Assembly: GCA_964412625.1 (NCBI GenBank)
Contig: CAYPPO010000004.1
Coordinates: 11,480-75,479, forward strand
Direction: 5' to 3'
Source of the DNA: an uncultured Candidatus Poseidoniales archaeon
GTDB lineage: Archaea > Thermoplasmatota > Poseidoniia > Poseidoniales > Poseidoniaceae
Length of the DNA stretch: 64,000 nt
Position numbers and translations under genes: made by a program. Shown here in pieces: positions 61,744 through 64,000 of this stretch (within the stretch, counting starts at the first letter, position 1; every line of letters begins with the position of its first letter). The notes below the pieces were generated by a model, which saw only the letters and a program-made list of their open reading frames with translations, had not been told where the DNA came from and made no database searches.

Positions 61744-64000
61744 ATGGCGATTAAAAGTGACCGAATAAAAACATCACTATTTTTGACTCTCTTAATGGTT
61801 TTAACACCTTTTGCTGGGGCATCAACAGTAACCACATTTTCTGATGGTTCCTCCGAGGTAGTCATTGAATTCAAGGATGGCGTAAATTCTGAAAATAATA
61901 CTGAAGGTCGATTTTTTGTGCCTACTGACGAAACAATAACTCACGCCTCAGTTAATGTTTCCACCAGTGTACTAACGGTCTCTAGCAACGATCGTGTAGG
62001 TGTTGAGTCAGGCCTTCCTATTTGGAACCCAATTCTAAACAATGGGGCAACATCTTTCAGCAATGAATCAAGATTTGTTTATGAAGATGTTAATCAAGAT
62101 CCGTTACCAGTTTCTCTCTATTCATCCTCATTCGTCACAGATTTCGAGAACTCGGACGAAGGTATGCTCAATAATTCGTTGTTCATTACTGAACATCCAA
62201 CTGATAATAAACTCAAAGCTTGGGAATATGGATACAAAGGCGGAAGAACTACTACAGCCGGTCCAGCAACCTGTGCCTCTGGTGATATGTGTTGGGGCAC
62301 TAATTTTTATGACAATGATTACACAGATGATTCTCTAGCAAATGATGGAACCTCTCAGAGGTACAAATGGTACATGGACACCCCGCCAATCTATCTTGAC
62401 GCCAACCTCAACAGCACCATCCTGACTTTTTCATCCTGGCACTCGCTCAGAACCGATTTCTTAGGGAATGGTGACAACACATTCTCTGATTGTGCCTACA
62501 TGGAGATAAGATCCTCAAGCACTGGGACATTCGCAAATGAGGAAACTGGATACAGTTTTCTGCCTATTTACTTGCCTCAGGTATCAGGAGTTTCTCCCAA
62601 TAACGGACTTTACCAGAGACTACAAAGCGCAAGCGCCTCTGGCAAAATAAACAATTACTGTGGAGGAGTTCCAACCAATAGTTTTGCACTGGGAGGCACA
62701 TCAATAAGTGTTAGTAATTCAAATGGTTGGTCAACTGTGGCAGCAAACTTAGCGGCTAATCTTGGTAGCTTCGTACAGATTAGGTTCATCCTTGAATCCA
62801 GTGATAGTAACTACGCTATGTCTACTGCTGATAAATCCGGCTGGTATATTGATGATCTAAAGATTGGTGATGGATACCAAACAGCAGAGCAAATAACAAT
62901 CAACAACATACAACCGAGTTTGGAGTATGAAGAAAAGCAACCAAATGGATATGGAATTTTAGACCTTGATATGTTTATTCCAGGAAACTCCCAAATTTCA
63001 GTGGATATAATTGATACATACACAAACAGCGTAGTAACAGCAAACGGAAGAGCTCTCACCGGGATATCCACTCCAGTAATTGGGTTGTGGGATGTAGATG
63101 TAGATGACCATCCGTTCATCGACATCGAAATCCAGTTTATCCCTAGCCAAGATGGCGTTTCTACGCCGGTGCTTTATGGTTATAATATTGGTACTGCATC
63201 CCATATCTCGTTTAATGATATAAATCAATACAGGGAATATAACATATCGAATGGTGTAATGTCAATTAATTCATCCACTGGTAAATACGCAACTTATAAC
63301 TCAGCGAATTTACTTGGTGAGAACAATGTTCCAATTTATTCAATAGAAGTGCAAGGTTTAGAGCGTTCAGGGTGTAACTTTACTTCAAGCATTACATCCA
63401 CCGGACAATCCGCCTCAACAGGTAGTCAAACATCAAGTTTGGCAGGTGTCCAATTAACAAACGGAACAAATAATCTATCAAATCCAATATATGATTTTGA
63501 GCTGAATTTCGAATTTAATTCCGATTGTTTAGTATTTGAATTAGTTATTGTGCTAGGATTTGGTCACATGATAGAAAATCCCTCAATCGATTTTTACAAT
63601 GACGGAATTATCGATTGGGAGATGGAGCAACCAGCATTTGGCTCTTATGGTTCACAGAGTAACTTTTGGATAGGGCAAGGTCAGGATACCACAAAACCCC
63701 AGAGGCTTATTGAGATAGATGCGGCTACAGGTCAAACAACAGAAGGTTTCATTCTGATTCCCAGAGGTGCTGTGATTGAGTATTTTGATGTGGAATTTAC
63801 TCAGAATACCATTTACAGTATACTCGATGCAACCGAAGGTTTCCAACTCAACCTTACAACGGGACTAACGAGTACCAATCTTGGCAATTTTGAATACGAG
63901 ACAGGATTTTCACTATTGGAAAAGACCAGTTCTGCTAGATTATATCCTGCTGTATCAGAATTGATTTCAGACCCGAACACCCCTGTTTTCATAACTGATT
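61744..64000 (+). CDS. very large secreted protein, N-terminal >752 aa (continues beyond the window end)
   Basis: Not in the ORF track because it has no stop in the window. I translated all 752 codons from ATG 61744 by hand and found no stop. It has a signal-like N-terminus (MAIKSDRIKTSLFLTLLMVLTPFAGAST), many N-glycosylation sequons, and a beta-sandwich domain ending ...GWYIDDLKIGDG (MAM / choice-of-anchor-like). Confidence 0.75.
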   Translation, partial: MAIKSDRIKTSLFLTLLMVLTPFAGASTVTTFSDGSSEVVIEFKDGVNSENNTEGRFFVPTDETITHASVNVSTSVLTVSSNDRVGVESGLPIWNPILNNGATSFSNESRFVYEDVNQDPLPVSLYSSSFVTDFENSDEGMLNNSLFITEHPTDNKLKAWEYGYKGGRTTTAGPATCASGDMCWGTNFYDNDYTDDSLANDGTSQRYKWYMDTPPIYLDANLNSTILTFSSWHSLRTDFLGNGDNTFSDCAYMEIRSSSTGTFANEETGYSFLPIYLPQVSGVSPNNGLYQRLQSASASGKINNYCGGVPTNSFALGGTSISVSNSNGWSTVAANLAANLGSFVQIRFILESSDSNYAMSTADKSGWYIDDLKIGDGYQTAEQITINNIQPSLEYEEKQPNGYGILDLDMFIPGNSQISVDIIDTYTNSVVTANGRALTGISTPVIGLWDVDVDDHPFIDIEIQFIPSQDGVSTPVLYGYNIGTASHISFNDINQYREYNISNGVMSINSSTGKYATYNSANLLGENNVPIYSIEVQGLERSGCNFTSSITSTGQSASTGSQTSSLAGVQLTNGTNNLSNPIYDFELNFEFNSDCLVFELVIVLGFGHMIENPSIDFYNDGIIDWEMEQPAFGSYGSQSNFWIGQGQDTTKPQRLIEIDAATGQTTEGFILIPRGAVIEYFDVEFTQNTIYSILDATEGFQLNLTTGLTSTNLGNFEYETGFSLLEKTSSARLYPAVSELISDPNTPVFITD

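Noticed and set aside
1-64000. Search for CRISPR arrays, transposases/IS ends, integrases, tRNA-flanked islands and toxin-antitoxin or restriction-modification cassettes
   Set aside because: I saw no regularly spaced direct repeats, and no DDE/HUH/tyrosine-recombinase or nuclease/methylase motifs in any ORF. The only tRNA (Gly) is not flanked by a repeat of its 3' end.

Overview
The window is a gene-dense (about 90% coding) archaeal chromosomal segment. The archaeal assignment rests on Orc1/Cdc6, Alba, the KEOPS kinase Bud32, a FlaI/FlaJ-family filament machine, archaeal-type PPAT and GTP-dependent dephospho-CoA kinase, an SRP-RNA-like gene with an Alu-type 5' domain, and Shine-Dalgarno sites complementary to an archaeal 16S 3' end. 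Moderate AT-richness, giant secreted or adhesin-like proteins, and several bacterial-like acyl-CoA and beta-oxidation enzymes suggest a marine planktonic euryarchaeote (Marine Group II / Poseidoniales-like). That lineage call is inference only. I found no CRISPR array, transposase, integrase or recognisable defence cassette. Three features are absent from the ORF track: a truncated dCMP deaminase at the left edge, an open-ended secreted protein of more than 752 aa at the right edge, and a roughly 340-nt structured RNA (probable SRP RNA) at 48.0-48.35 kb. The observations most worth following up are listed below.
- A compact Epd/Tad-like type IV filament locus at 26.4-31.6 kb. Its platform is split into two same-frame ORFs, and it carries two pilin-like genes with Gln at the predicted +1 position.
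- Two genes whose conserved N-termini are reached only from in-frame CTG codons, each preceded by the identical SD 11-mer GGGGTGATTTC.
- A perfect 19-bp ORB-like palindrome (TTCCAGTGGAAA core) with flanking AAATGTAAC repeats and an AT-rich tract. It lies between two orphan winged-helix genes, 6 kb from orc1/cdc6.
- A PPAT-DPCK fusion.
- A presenilin/SPP-family protease carrying a roughly 350-aa extracytoplasmic insertion.
- A BoxB/PaaA-like diiron oxygenase embedded among CoA-processing genes.
All functional calls come from motif reading of the translations. No database search was run.
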